Shown one piece after another: positions 42,632-53,936 of a stretch of 64,000 nt of DNA (position 1 is its first letter; each line of letters starts with the position of its first letter). Location: NCBI GenBank assembly GCA_020536535.1, contig JAHLWZ010000870.1, forward strand, positions 1,156-65,155, given 5' to 3'. Below the pieces are notes generated by a model. The model saw only the letters and a program-made list of their open reading frames with translations, did not search any database and had not been told where the DNA came from. The translations under genes were made by a program, and so were the position numbers. The stretch is from Pelomyxa schiedti. Its lineage: Eukaryota; Protista; Evosea.

Positions 42632-45422
42632 ATGGGGGACAGGGAAGACGCATCGCCGCTTGTTATCAACTCGAGAAGGGAAAAGAAGCAAAGAAACACG
42701 ATGATGTTGGTAGTTGCTACAATCGGTGCCGTGTCAGTGATCATGATCACCGCTCTCGCCATCGGCTTCGCTGTTAGCGACGTGGTTCTCAAACAAGAAG
42801 TACGTGCCTGTGCCTGTTCGTTTCGTCATTGTGGGTCGGTCGTTTGAGGTCTTGCTGATCTTCAACTCACTCCGCGATCTTCACAAGATTAACGACATTG
42901 GGACTGTGCAAGAGACCATTCCTTCATCTTACGGTGTGCCTTTTTACGCCATTACACCTGTCAAAGATCAAGGACACCGTGGGACGTGGTACTGCGAGAT
43001 CTCTTTTATATTTTGTTGAGATTGCTAATTGTAATACTAGTTGGGCTTTTGCAACAATAGGTCTGTTGGAGGCACAGTATAGGGCTTATGGGTTAGTTTC
43101 TTCTTGTTCGTAAAAAAAAGTCACAAAAAAAAGTTATCTCGCTGGTTTGCTTGATGATGACGAATATGTGAGCTTCTCTGAGCAAGCTTGTATATAAGTT
43201 TTGTCTATTTCCTTCAAGTAACTACTTAAGATGCCTTGGGGGTAACGGAATATTGCACTCAACACCTAGACGATCCTTACTGTTTTGGTGGTCCGCCAAC
43301 GGTATTTCTCTTTGAATTACTGGAAGTTCACTCCGTTTCAGAACGATACAAGTGATGGTGAAATTGAATGGCTGTATTACATGCGCAACTACGAAAACGT
43401 AGCCAAAGTTATACCTTACACACTATGCCCCTATTACATTGATGAAGTTGACCAATATAACTGCCCCAACCGGGAGGAAAACGTTGCAAATACAGCTCTT
43501 TCCTTCACAGTCAATTCCATCGGTATAAAACTTCCCCTTAGTACCGAATTATTTTGAACTCCATCAGAATCCGCCTACACAATCTCTGGCATGAAATCTC
43601 TGTTGTACAAATATAAACTCCCTGTTGGTTGGTCCCATGCAGTTTTTGAAAGGTTTTTTCTTTTAAATGATGGGGGAGTAACCAAGTTAGAACATACACT
43701 CTCCCTTGTGATGATCCACAGTCCTATCTGTATGCCACATCTCAGTGCATAGGTCTCACGTTTTGAGGCACCGTTTTGAAGATAACTAAATGTAGAGTGT
43801 TCACACCCATGTACCACCAGTGGTGATGGCTGCTGTGCACAACTCATCATTCCTGGTTACACAACCGAAGGTAACGTGCAAGAAAAAAAAAACCTTATTG
43901 ATGCTCTTTAGGGATTTTTCAGCTGGAAAATCAAGCTTATCAATCTGGAGGCCATGCAATGCTACTGGTTGATTCTTGCCCACTTTCATTTATTTGTATA
44001 AGGTGGGCTGGAATGATGAATATAGAGTGGATCGTGGACTTTTTGGCCAACTGAATCAATTCACCACTGGTAGTTTACTGTTTCTACGCCTTTTTCCTTA
44101 CTCTTAATTATAGGAGGGTTCATTTTAAAGAATTCGTGGAATGCTGCCCTTGGACATACTATTGAGTATCCATATTCCTTCGAGTTTTCCTTATCCTTAG
44201 ATTGTGATAGATACTGGCTTCAAGGGCACTCTATTCTTGAAGAAGATTTGATATGCCCGTGCACTAAGAGTTCGCTCAAATGGCTCCCTGTACATACATC
44301 TTCCGTACTAAAGTTTTCTCTCATTTCTACTTCTAGGCAAATGCAACTTGCATGATGCAAAATCCCGACCCCATCTATTGCAGTAACGGGGCAGAGAAAC
44401 ATGCTCGGAATGTTACTCTGAAGGGTGCAACTGTGCTCAAGTGCTCTGATAATGGTTTGACTTTTTCCCTTTGCTTGGTTCTGTACATAACAAACATTCA
44501 GCACTGACTTCTCTTGGAGCTCAGTACGGCTTTTCAAATTGTAATGCTAGTAGACTGTATACTCTGGCACTAGTTCCATACGTCCCGGAGTTGAAGTATC
44601 AACCTAGCGGAGTTTGGACAGAGGTACCGGCGGTCTCTGATGTATGTATGGTGCACTTGGTTTACACACTAAAGATTGAACAGGGTACACTCCACTTTTA
44701 CTTGGTTGAATGGGATCCCCTCACATTGTCCACTTCAATAGTGAAAACTAACGCAACCACTTGGTACAGCCCAATTCCTTATTTGTATTGGCTATATCCA
44801 AATGCCACACCAGGTGGGGAATCGAGAAGTTATTCATCCCAGTCGAATACGTTGAGAACGATCCTAGATGTGGGTTTTTCTTCTGGCCATATGAGACCCT
44901 AACTGAAGGTACCATTCGGTACCCCGTTGGCGGCCATGACACTCCAAGCGTTTCCGCTATAAAAGTAACTGTATGTACCAACTACTTCCTCACTAGCCTT
45001 TAACCTCTATTCCTTCAGTGGTCCAAGTCAAGCTACCTTGCTGGTTCACGAACTGCAGGGAAAGACTATGACAGTGTCTCTGACTCTACATATTCTTCCA
45101 AGCAAATCATGTATGAATTTCGCAACTGTCACTTTTNNNNNNNNNNNNNNNNNNNNNNNNNNNNNNNNNNNNNNNNNNNNNNNNNNNNNNNNNNNNNNNN
45201 NNNNNNNNNNNNNNNNNNNNNNNNNNNNNNNNNNNNCAGTGGTCCAAGTCAAGCTACCTTGCTGGTTCACGAACTGCAGGGAAAGACTATGACAGTGTCT
45301 CTGACTCTACATATTCTTCCAAGCAAATCATGTATGAATTTCGCAACTGTCACTTTTCCTCACCACAGACATTCAGCTTCCATGGTCCATTCGACTTTGA
45401 TTGGGCAACACACAACCAGTAA
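42632..45422 (+). CDS. Papain-family (C1A) cysteine protease with N-terminal membrane anchor
   Basis: ITPVKDQGHRGTC|WAF (Cys codon split by an intron), SFSEQ, GGHAMLL-VGWND, GFILKNSW. Hydrophobic helix MMLVVATIGAVSVIMITALAIGFAV near the N-terminus. Confidence 0.85.
45137..45236. other. Scaffold gap (100 N) flanked by a duplicated 121-bp overlap
   Basis: 45016-45136 is identical to 45237-45357. Confidence 0.95.
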
Positions 45423-45574
45423 CCACCAACAAAAAAAGCAAACATCCCTGTACCCTTACATAAGAGAAAGAAATTTGGTTTTTTTTAAGGTCCCAGTTTA
45501 TTCCCACACCGTGACAATAGTCACAGGGAGAAGATTAAGTAACGTGAGATAGTGACTGTTCTGTGAGAGGTGTC

Positions 45575-47051
45575 TTATTCTGACTTCCTTTTTGCGTCAT
45601 TTTTTTTGGCAAGATCTTGGGCTGTTGGTGGAACAAAGAATGCTCTTATGTTCAAGAAGCTAGTCATCTGCCACACTATAAGAGTACCAAACATGAGCTC
45701 TTGGGCAAGTGTCACAATAAATACAAGCCACAGAATAGTGGTATGGTGCTGAGCCAGGCAGGGTAGTGCGGAAAGTGGTAATAGTAAATACACGTCAAGG
45801 ATGTGATACCACAGTTTTACACCTTCTTTGGCCAGATGTTGCACCAGCAACCGCTGTTGGAGGTAGGCAAACACAATTGTAATAGTCGCAAATACAATGT
45901 ATGGGCTTTCCACTAAGACATATGGTGCAAGTAGAAGCCACAAAACTGTGGTTCCCATAAAGAAGCCAAATGGAAAGAGGACAAAGAAGGCTCTGAGAAT
46001 ATTGGCATCTGAGGTGAAGACACTACGGATACTCTGAAGAGTTGCCAAGCTGGGCCCAATAGATGCAAAAACTTTTTAAGGTTACTGTTTTTCCAGGTCT
46101 TTTATTGATTTCATTTTACATAAAATCTGGGAGTGATATTTAAGAGAAAGCTTACTCCAAAAGATTGTTCCAAGGCTGATCTTATGAAATAAACGCAGTT
46201 CCCATACACTTTCGCCAAAAATAGCTGAAATTAGTTCGGTGGCAATAAGGGCAAGTTGGGACTATATTCCAGTTAGAAGGACGAAAGTTCCAAAGGAAAC
46301 GAACCTCAACAATTGGAGTTAACTGAGAGAAATAGGTGAGACTGGTGTGGTAGGCTTCCCAATGGCAAGCGTAGAAACAGATAAGGCTTATCAAAAACAT
46401 GGGAACTGAAAGCCACATTCTAGAAGGAACCGCACACATGAGAGGAACCAAAATCAGTCCCATAACTGGCGGATCGCACTTAGTTCGGATTGCAGTAGGA
46501 CATCCGGCATACCAATAGCATCCAGGCCGTGGTCGAATAATTCACCAAGAGGGGAGCTTGTTCCAGTTCGGCGAGCTTGCTTGCCATCTACATTGTCAAA
46601 TAGTTGATACAAAAACACCCCAATTGCACTGTAAGTCACTCAGAAGGACAGAAGCCAATTATGAGGAAAAACCTCAAAATGTGAACCCAAAAGAGACTTC
46701 GGTGGCATTGCACGCCAGGGCACAAGAACGCGCACAATAGGTACGACGCAACAACAGACAGCATAGCCGCCGCAGTGATTAAATTCGGAGCCACCCACCA
46801 TGGCGTAACACCAGTCGCCCACTCCCACAAAGGTGTCATGGCGTCACACATTGGTGTACTCCCTCCCACTCTATAACGGTAATTCTACGTTGTTTGTTGT
46901 AAGCTCACAACAAAAGCTAAACTAAAAAAAAACAAACCTTCAAGGCGGCAACACCCGAATTGCTTATGTAGTAGTACCACGGAATGACTGTGTGTGGGAC
47001 ATAGATCTTATTGGCGTTCTGTTCGCTCGACGTGTGCCCCCCTCCCTTCAT
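45575..47051 (-). CDS. Choline/ethanolamine phosphotransferase (CDP-alcohol phosphatidyltransferase, CEPT/EPT family)
   Basis: [10 protein letters not shown]; [26 protein letters not shown]; HWEAYHT; multiple TM helices; basic C-terminus KRKSE. Confidence 0.92.
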
Positions 47052-47116
47052 TCTCGCGATCTGTCACTCACGGTTTTATTTTCTTTTTTTTTTACGAGTA
47101 ACTGGGTTGTCAACGT

Positions 47117-50100
47117 TTACTTTTTGCGTTGACAACTGAAAAAGTTCTGACTCACATCAGGCAGGTGGTTGATATCAGCTACGTTGACATCCAAGATCTC
47201 GATCTCTCCTTGTCCTTTCTTATTTCCATCCGTTTTCCAATTTTCTATTCCACGTTTCCAACTGTACATGTTTGCAATTGTGTCAATCAGAAGACTTAGC
47301 AAAGGGAGCACCCAGTAAATGACGGACGGATGAGATCCTCTTGGGCGTAGAGGGCGAGGCCACGGTCATGGAATTAGAACTGGAACTGGGGTTGGAATCT
47401 AGTGGTGCAAGGCCGCCGGGTGGGAAGGACGACGGCATCACTGTTGTTGTATTTGGTGATGCTGCCGGCGGTGCTGTGTCGTTATGGGAGGTGGCTGTGG
47501 TGCTCAGTTGTGGCGCACTGTTGGTTGCATTGGTGTTTATTGACCCTGAGAATGGACTAATCACGCCCGAGCCCAAATTGCTAGGCGATGTAGACGTAGT
47601 TGATGACGACTGGGGCTGGTTCTCGATTATGGGGGCCGACGCTGCTGAAGTGGAATTCAATTGGCTCTTGGTTATGCTGCTGGACAAAGCGTGGGCATAT
47701 TTCCGGGCAAGCTGTGTAATATTGTCAATTGTCGTGAACGAGATAATTATGGGAGAGAGATATATTGCCTTGGGCCACTTGGTCTCGCACTCTTGGAAGG
47801 CATCTGCCAACGACAGTGAGCAGTCCCACTTGTAGATCCTTCGTGGATGTTAATTCGCGGGAAATCAAGGGGAAAAAACCCGAGAGAGGACTCGGGGCTT
47901 ACCAGAAAGCTTTTACGAGAAGATCGGTGTGCTCGTTTGGAGGGGGCTCGTTAGCTTGAACGGTTTTCTTGTAGCAAAGTTGGAGAAGCATTTCGCGGTT
48001 GCTTTCAGTAAGTTTCGCAGGGGAGTGGTGTGTGTCTTGTATTTGCGAAGAGATGCGCTCGGCTTCGCCGGAAATTCCCTTTTGTGAAAGGATCATTTTA
48101 GCTCGAGTGAGTCATTCACCAAGTGCCAAAACATACTTTCGATAAGGTATTCTCCAGTGCGTCGAAAAAAGGGTCCTTCAACTTGGCTACGGTGTTAATC
48201 ATGGTGCCCAGCTTCATGAACTCCCTCTGTCGGCACAGTAATCGAGTAAATTGCAGACCATACTTTCTTAAGTAGTATTTGTTGCCACCACAGCGAAATA
48301 CCGGGAGGTAGTATGCAGCTGCGGGAGATTCCCATTTGTTTACTGTTATTGGAGCAATGAATGGTTGAAGGACTGGTTCGTTCTCCACTGGGCAAGCGAA
48401 AGCAAAGTTGGAGATTGGTGGAGCTTCTGTGTCTACTGTCAGAATTTGACTGAAGTATTGATAGCTTTCTTTAGGATTGTTCCGTATCAGTGCAATATAG
48501 GCAAACTATGATAATTCAGTCTACAAGCGAACTGCGTGACAAACCTTGAAAAATGCTTTATAAAACGGGATCAAAGATTTCATGGCATTAGCAATATCCT
48601 CAAGTATTGACTCCCTCCACTTGGATTTGTCTTCATGCTCCCGAAGCTCTGTTTTTTTCATAAGTAAACAACAGTGATGAAATCAAACCTTTGAAACGGA
48701 ATTCTTCAAGGAAGTCCAGCTTCTTTTTGTTCATTTTGTTTGTGAAGAAGGGGAAGGGGTTTACTCACGTGCCCAGATTGGGAATTGAGTAGGACTTTTA
48801 GGCGCAAGGAGTGCAAACGGTACAATATGTGTTTGGTCTTTTCAGGAGATTCCCTTTCACTTCGCCAGTAGTTGTAGTACCATTGTAATGCTTCCTTCAA
48901 GACATTTATTTTCACTTCTTGAAAGATTTTTCAACCTTCGGGTCTTGGGATTCTCGCTCTAATAGTCGCCCATACAGAAGAACATAACTTGGATGATGAA
49001 GGAAAGAACAAAGGGAATAAACGAAAAACAATCAATGAGAGGTAGGGAAATTTCGATGATACAACCAAGGGGAGTTCTGAGAATCAATAACAGTCTTCAA
49101 TAAGGAAGAGGAAGTTTGCCAACACTGTTTCCGTTTAGCGGGATCACTTAGATGTCTGTGAACCACTGTCAGTGCGAATTTTTCAGATATCTCCATACCT
49201 GCCATAAAGGTAGTGTACAACAGCAGCTTCAGCATAGGCTAATTCTTTGTGGAATCCAGCCTCGGTTGCTCGCAAAAAGCACTTACTACACACCTAGTAG
49301 ATATAAACAGCAATTGACACGTGGATGACAAACCTCAACGCAGTTGCTGAGAAAGTCAATGAATGATATTTCACATTTCATTGAGTAGCTATGTTGCTTT
49401 GCAACAGTAATTAGAAGTTTTTGGTGGAAAAACCCCAAAAGGAACCAGCCTTCCCCATCAGTTGGGTGAAAATACAAGTGCATCTAATTTTTATTAATCA
49501 TTTAACTGGAATAAAGGTCCTACTTTGAGCAGTTGAATTCTGTCGATGTCGTTCACAAGATCAGACTCCATGCTAGCAAGGGTTTTATAAAGGAAATTGC
49601 GGACATCTGAGAATAGACTCGATGAGTTTCAATAGGCAGAGGACAGCATACATGCAAAAACTGGGTCGCTGAGGGGCCCAGCTACAGGATCAAATTTCAC
49701 TGAGGAGACACGGCTCGAGAGTGTTGAGTCGTATTTGAGAAGACTGGTGGAAGAACTGAGTACTGTTATTTCGGAGCTACCCAAGAAAGCTTCAACAGTG
49801 CGTTGAGATTTACGTTCTAATGCACAGGAATTATACAAGTAGAAGAGGAAGAAATCTTACGAAATCGCGGTATTTCCCTGAAAGCAACAAAGACATCAAT
49901 GAAGAACTTGTTGACTGTTGGTTTGTCTTGAAATTTTTTTGTCCTCCACAACTGGTGAATGAAAACAAAACTTGATGCATGTGCAAATCTCTGACACCAC
50001 CACAGTCCAAACGGGCAGGGGCCTGCTGGTTCAACAGATTCCACAGAAAAAACAGTAGTAGGACAGCAATGCAATCGCACCAGTAAAGTTTGCATACACT

Positions 50101-53100
50101 CTTCCCATTCAGCACGTTTTACTCGCAGAAGTTTGGTAAAAAAAATATCATTAGAAGCAAGCACCGCAATATTAGTAGAGGCCTGTTTTTCCATGTGAAT
50201 GTTAATGGTATTGCTTAGATGTTAGCAACTTACCTCAACAATGGGGCTGAGAAGGACCTTGATACTAAATATAATGAAGGACTCTTATGTATATGTTAGG
50301 TGGAGGTTTTTCCCACAAGATTATGTTTATCACTGCAACCACAAAGAAACTTGACAAGGCACAAAAAAGATGTCAGGAGCAAACCATTGGCATTTGATTG
50401 CCCAAGCAGCTTTGCAACAGCTGATATGAAGCCATACAGTACAAATGGTGTGAAACATTTCTTTTGGGTTGGAGAGGAGGTCTGCTTTTGCATTATTTGA
50501 CATGCCACAATCCAAGTAATCTAGAACTGTTACATTTTGTAGTTTTATAAACATCTTTCAGATACAGGAAATGTTAATGAAAAATCTGTATGTTGCAGCA
50601 GTGCTCCAAGCCCTCGCTTGAGAGAGAGAAGAGTGTCTGTATCCACATCTTTATCCCCCCACCCAATATTTGTTGGGTCTGCTGGATGGCGACAAAAAAA
50701 AAAAACCTGAAGTCTGTTCTAATACACATGATAGACACTCAAAAAGTGATTGCCGCTGGAAAAGAGTTAATGATGTTCAAGAAAGATAATAAAGTTACAT
50801 AGTGTGAAGGTGTGGATTGGCCAACTCCATGAAGAAGTTTTAGTATCACTTGCAAACTACTTGTGAAATTGCCATCCTGGGAATAAGCCTGCAATAAATC
50901 AGAAGCAAGTAATTAAAACTAGTGCTGACTTGAGCTAAAGCCAGTTGAAATCGCGTTTTCTGGCAGAAATTGAATGGCATCAACAAATTTACAGACGCTC
51001 ACCTGGGGCTCATCAACAATGGGTATAATCTTTTCCAGTTCCTGTATTACCACAGGCATGTTCCCATTTAACTGAGCAGCAAGTATAGTCATGCATTGAC
51101 TGAGATGTGCATATTGTGCTTCAAGAACCTCTCGGTCTATACATGGACAAGAAGAACTTCAAAGTTCAAGGGGTCAGAAAATGTTCCATGCTGGAGATAT
51201 ACCAATGGGGAAGAACAATCCTTGGAGGGTCAAGAGTTGCTAACTGTTTTTTGCACTCATAGAGAAGGAACTCGGCTTCATGTAATTCTCCATTGCACTC
51301 ACAGATCCTGTGCCTCATCCAAAGAAATCTGTGATATTATAAGGGAAACCTCAAGAAACATAACAAACCGAAAAGAATAAACCCTGTTCGAGGTAAAAAG
51401 CTCTTCACAGACAGGAGATGATTGTAAACAGAAAACAATCGTCGAGCAGCGCACAAGGTGAACTTTTTCCGCGCCTTGCCCGTCTCTCAGAGCTTGTTCC
51501 AGAGATAATTCAGCCATACCAAGAAACAGCTGGAAAAATTGAGAATCACAATGAAAGAAAACTACTTCCACACTTTTAAGTGATCACCAGGGTCTAAATG
51601 TGGAGAAATTAGATCAAATAACGAGACTGCGTCCAAACGGAGCTTTTCTGGCCAAGCCACGTGGTCAGGAAGCGGTGCTGAAACTGAAGGAGACAGTGGA
51701 ATTGCATCCACATTAAACAGCTTACTCAAGAGGTTTGGGAGATCCATGTTTGTCACGGGAGGTAAAAAGCATGGTCCCTGGACAAAAAGTGATCAGATAG
51801 ATTCACTGGACTGCATTACCTCTTTACTTGAATCTGGGTCAGCAGGGGCAGCTTCACGCCTTAATAGAAAGTGATTCTTGGTCCAGAAACCAGGAACACA
51901 CCTTGTGTCTTGAAAGAAGCCATATTCTAAGAGTAGTTTAAAAGTGGACTCAAAATTTTTCTGCTGCTCTGGGGTGCGTGCTGACTGTCTTTGTTTGCGT
52001 GTAGCTTTGCGAGAGAAATAGGCTCCTCTCCTTAGAATTTATGAGAGATACTAGATAAGAAAGGAGTTACCAGGATTTCCCACATGTAGACTCTTGAGTC
52101 ACAATGTGGATTGATTGTGTAATGCTACGGTAATTAAAAAAAAAATCTACATGAAATGTAAGTTACCGAGTGGTATCAAAGTTTTCAAAGGCTTTCAGAA
52201 GTGCTGGTAAAAGTAAACTCCATAGTGGTTTTTCAATAACAATTTCAATAGTGTTGCTTGTGCCCTTTTGGCCTTTTAAAGTGTAAACTACAGCGAATGG
52301 AAGGGAGAACGAACTTGGAACCAGTGGGAAATCAGCATCCTCTTTTTGGGAGTTCATCCATGACATCTGCTCTTTTTTTAGTTTTGAGAGGTAAACTCTC
52401 AAATGGGATGGGTTTTTTTGTTGGAGGGATCTGTTGTAGCAGTGAGAGGCACATCAATAAGTGAATGCATGTACTTAGGAGATGTTTCTATGTTAATTTC
52501 ATTTCTAAGAACTGTCGCTTCAGACCAGTTTGGGTCAATGATAAGTGCTCTTTCGAGTGCTTTCATACAACAAGGATAATCTCCGATAACATACAGCAAC
52601 TGCAAACCTGAGTCACAGAGTGCAAATATGCAGTACATACTTCAGTCATCATTTTAAGTGTTGGCCAATATGTGGGATTCAACATCAATGCCGTTTCCAA
52701 ACTCCACCTGCCTAGAGTCATGTTCCCATCTTCACGAGCAACTTGTGCTAAGTTCAGCAAGACCATCACATCTGTGTTGTCTAGTTGAAGTGCCTGAGGT
52801 TTTTGTCAAAGCCCAAATAGGATTAGGAATTGCTAGCTAGTACATTTAAAAAACAGTTAATAGAACCCTCATTGTCACCCTGTCTATGCAAAACTGCACC
52901 AAGGTTTTTGTATCCTAGATACTTCAACTTCAACATCTTGGTCTTTAATCCATGTTCTCCACCAGTAAGAGCTACCTACAGAGGGTTTATTGGTGTGATA
53001 ATTCATAATATGCGTCTACATTTTTAATGCACTCTTGCTCAAGCAATTTGATATACTGAACTGTTGCAGCACTGAAATTTTCTTGTTGGTGTAAATCTAG

Positions 53101-53857
53101 TGCAGTCCTGTACAGTGACATACATAGAACTTCCTTCAAAGCCCAAATGTTAGCTCAAAAAAAAACCAAAAAAAAACCAAAAAAAATTTGCCTGTTTTTC
53201 TTTGTCATGGGCCATATCCACCCTCCTCCTCTTGGGCGCCTTTGGTTGCACCTGTTCCCCCACTGCACCCTGGGCGCGGGAGGGGGAGCCCGCATCCGCG
53301 GCTCCTTGCCTCGGCCTGTGCTGCTGCCTGTGTGGCACGTGCCGCCCCCGCGCTGCCCCCCCCTTGGCTCCCCCGCCCCCGCCGCCAGCAGACAGGCTCA
53401 GGGGCGTTGGGGGTCCCCCGCTCCCACCCCCCTCGCCCTCGCCCTCCCCCTCCCCGCACCTGCCCCCCCCCAGTGCAGGAGACAGCGTGGGGGGCAGCGG
53501 GGAGCTAGGGTCAGTGCCCGTGGCCGTGGCTGTGGCTTCGCCGCCCCCACCTCCGCCTTCCCCGTCGGCCTTCCCGTGCTCCTTGTGCTTGTGGCCGTGG
53601 CTGTGACTGCGGCTGCGATCGTGGCGGCCTCCTCCTCCCCCTCCCCCTCCCCCTCCCCCCCGCTCCCGCTCCTCCCGCTGCTGCACTCCTCGCCTGTGGT
53701 GGCCCCCGCCGTGGTGCTGGTGGCGATGGCTGCTGGCCGAGGGCGAGTCGTTGTGCCCGCTGCTGCCTGCGTCGCTAGGAGTGCTCGTCGTAGCAGTCGT
53801 CGTGTGGTCTCGTGCTGCCGACTGGTCTTGGCTCCTCTGCAATAGTCGCCGTCTCAT
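47117..53857 (-). CDS. CABIN1: CABIN1/Hir3-like TPR protein (HIRA histone-chaperone complex)
   Basis: YLGYKNLG; GRWSLETALMLNPTYWPTLKMMTE-LLYVIGDYPCCMKALERALIIDPNW; ILYRLHSLRLKVLL. These are CABIN1-like segments spread over many exons. The 3' end (47117 or 47283) is uncertain. Confidence 0.7.
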
Positions 53858-53936
53858 TCCCCTCCACTGCCGGTATGTTTCGCAAAAAAAGGGGACTTTG
53901 TAGCTAGTTGTAGGTGGTCATAGTTCTCTTAATTCA

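Noticed and set aside
45016-45357. 121-bp direct repeat in the protease 3' exon
   Set aside because: Same scaffolding artifact; not a tandem exon duplication or target-site duplication.
45575-45700. Selenoprotein I-type UGA/SECIS in the CEPT/EPT gene
   Set aside because: The ORF ends KRKSE-TAA with no in-frame TGA near the C-terminus.
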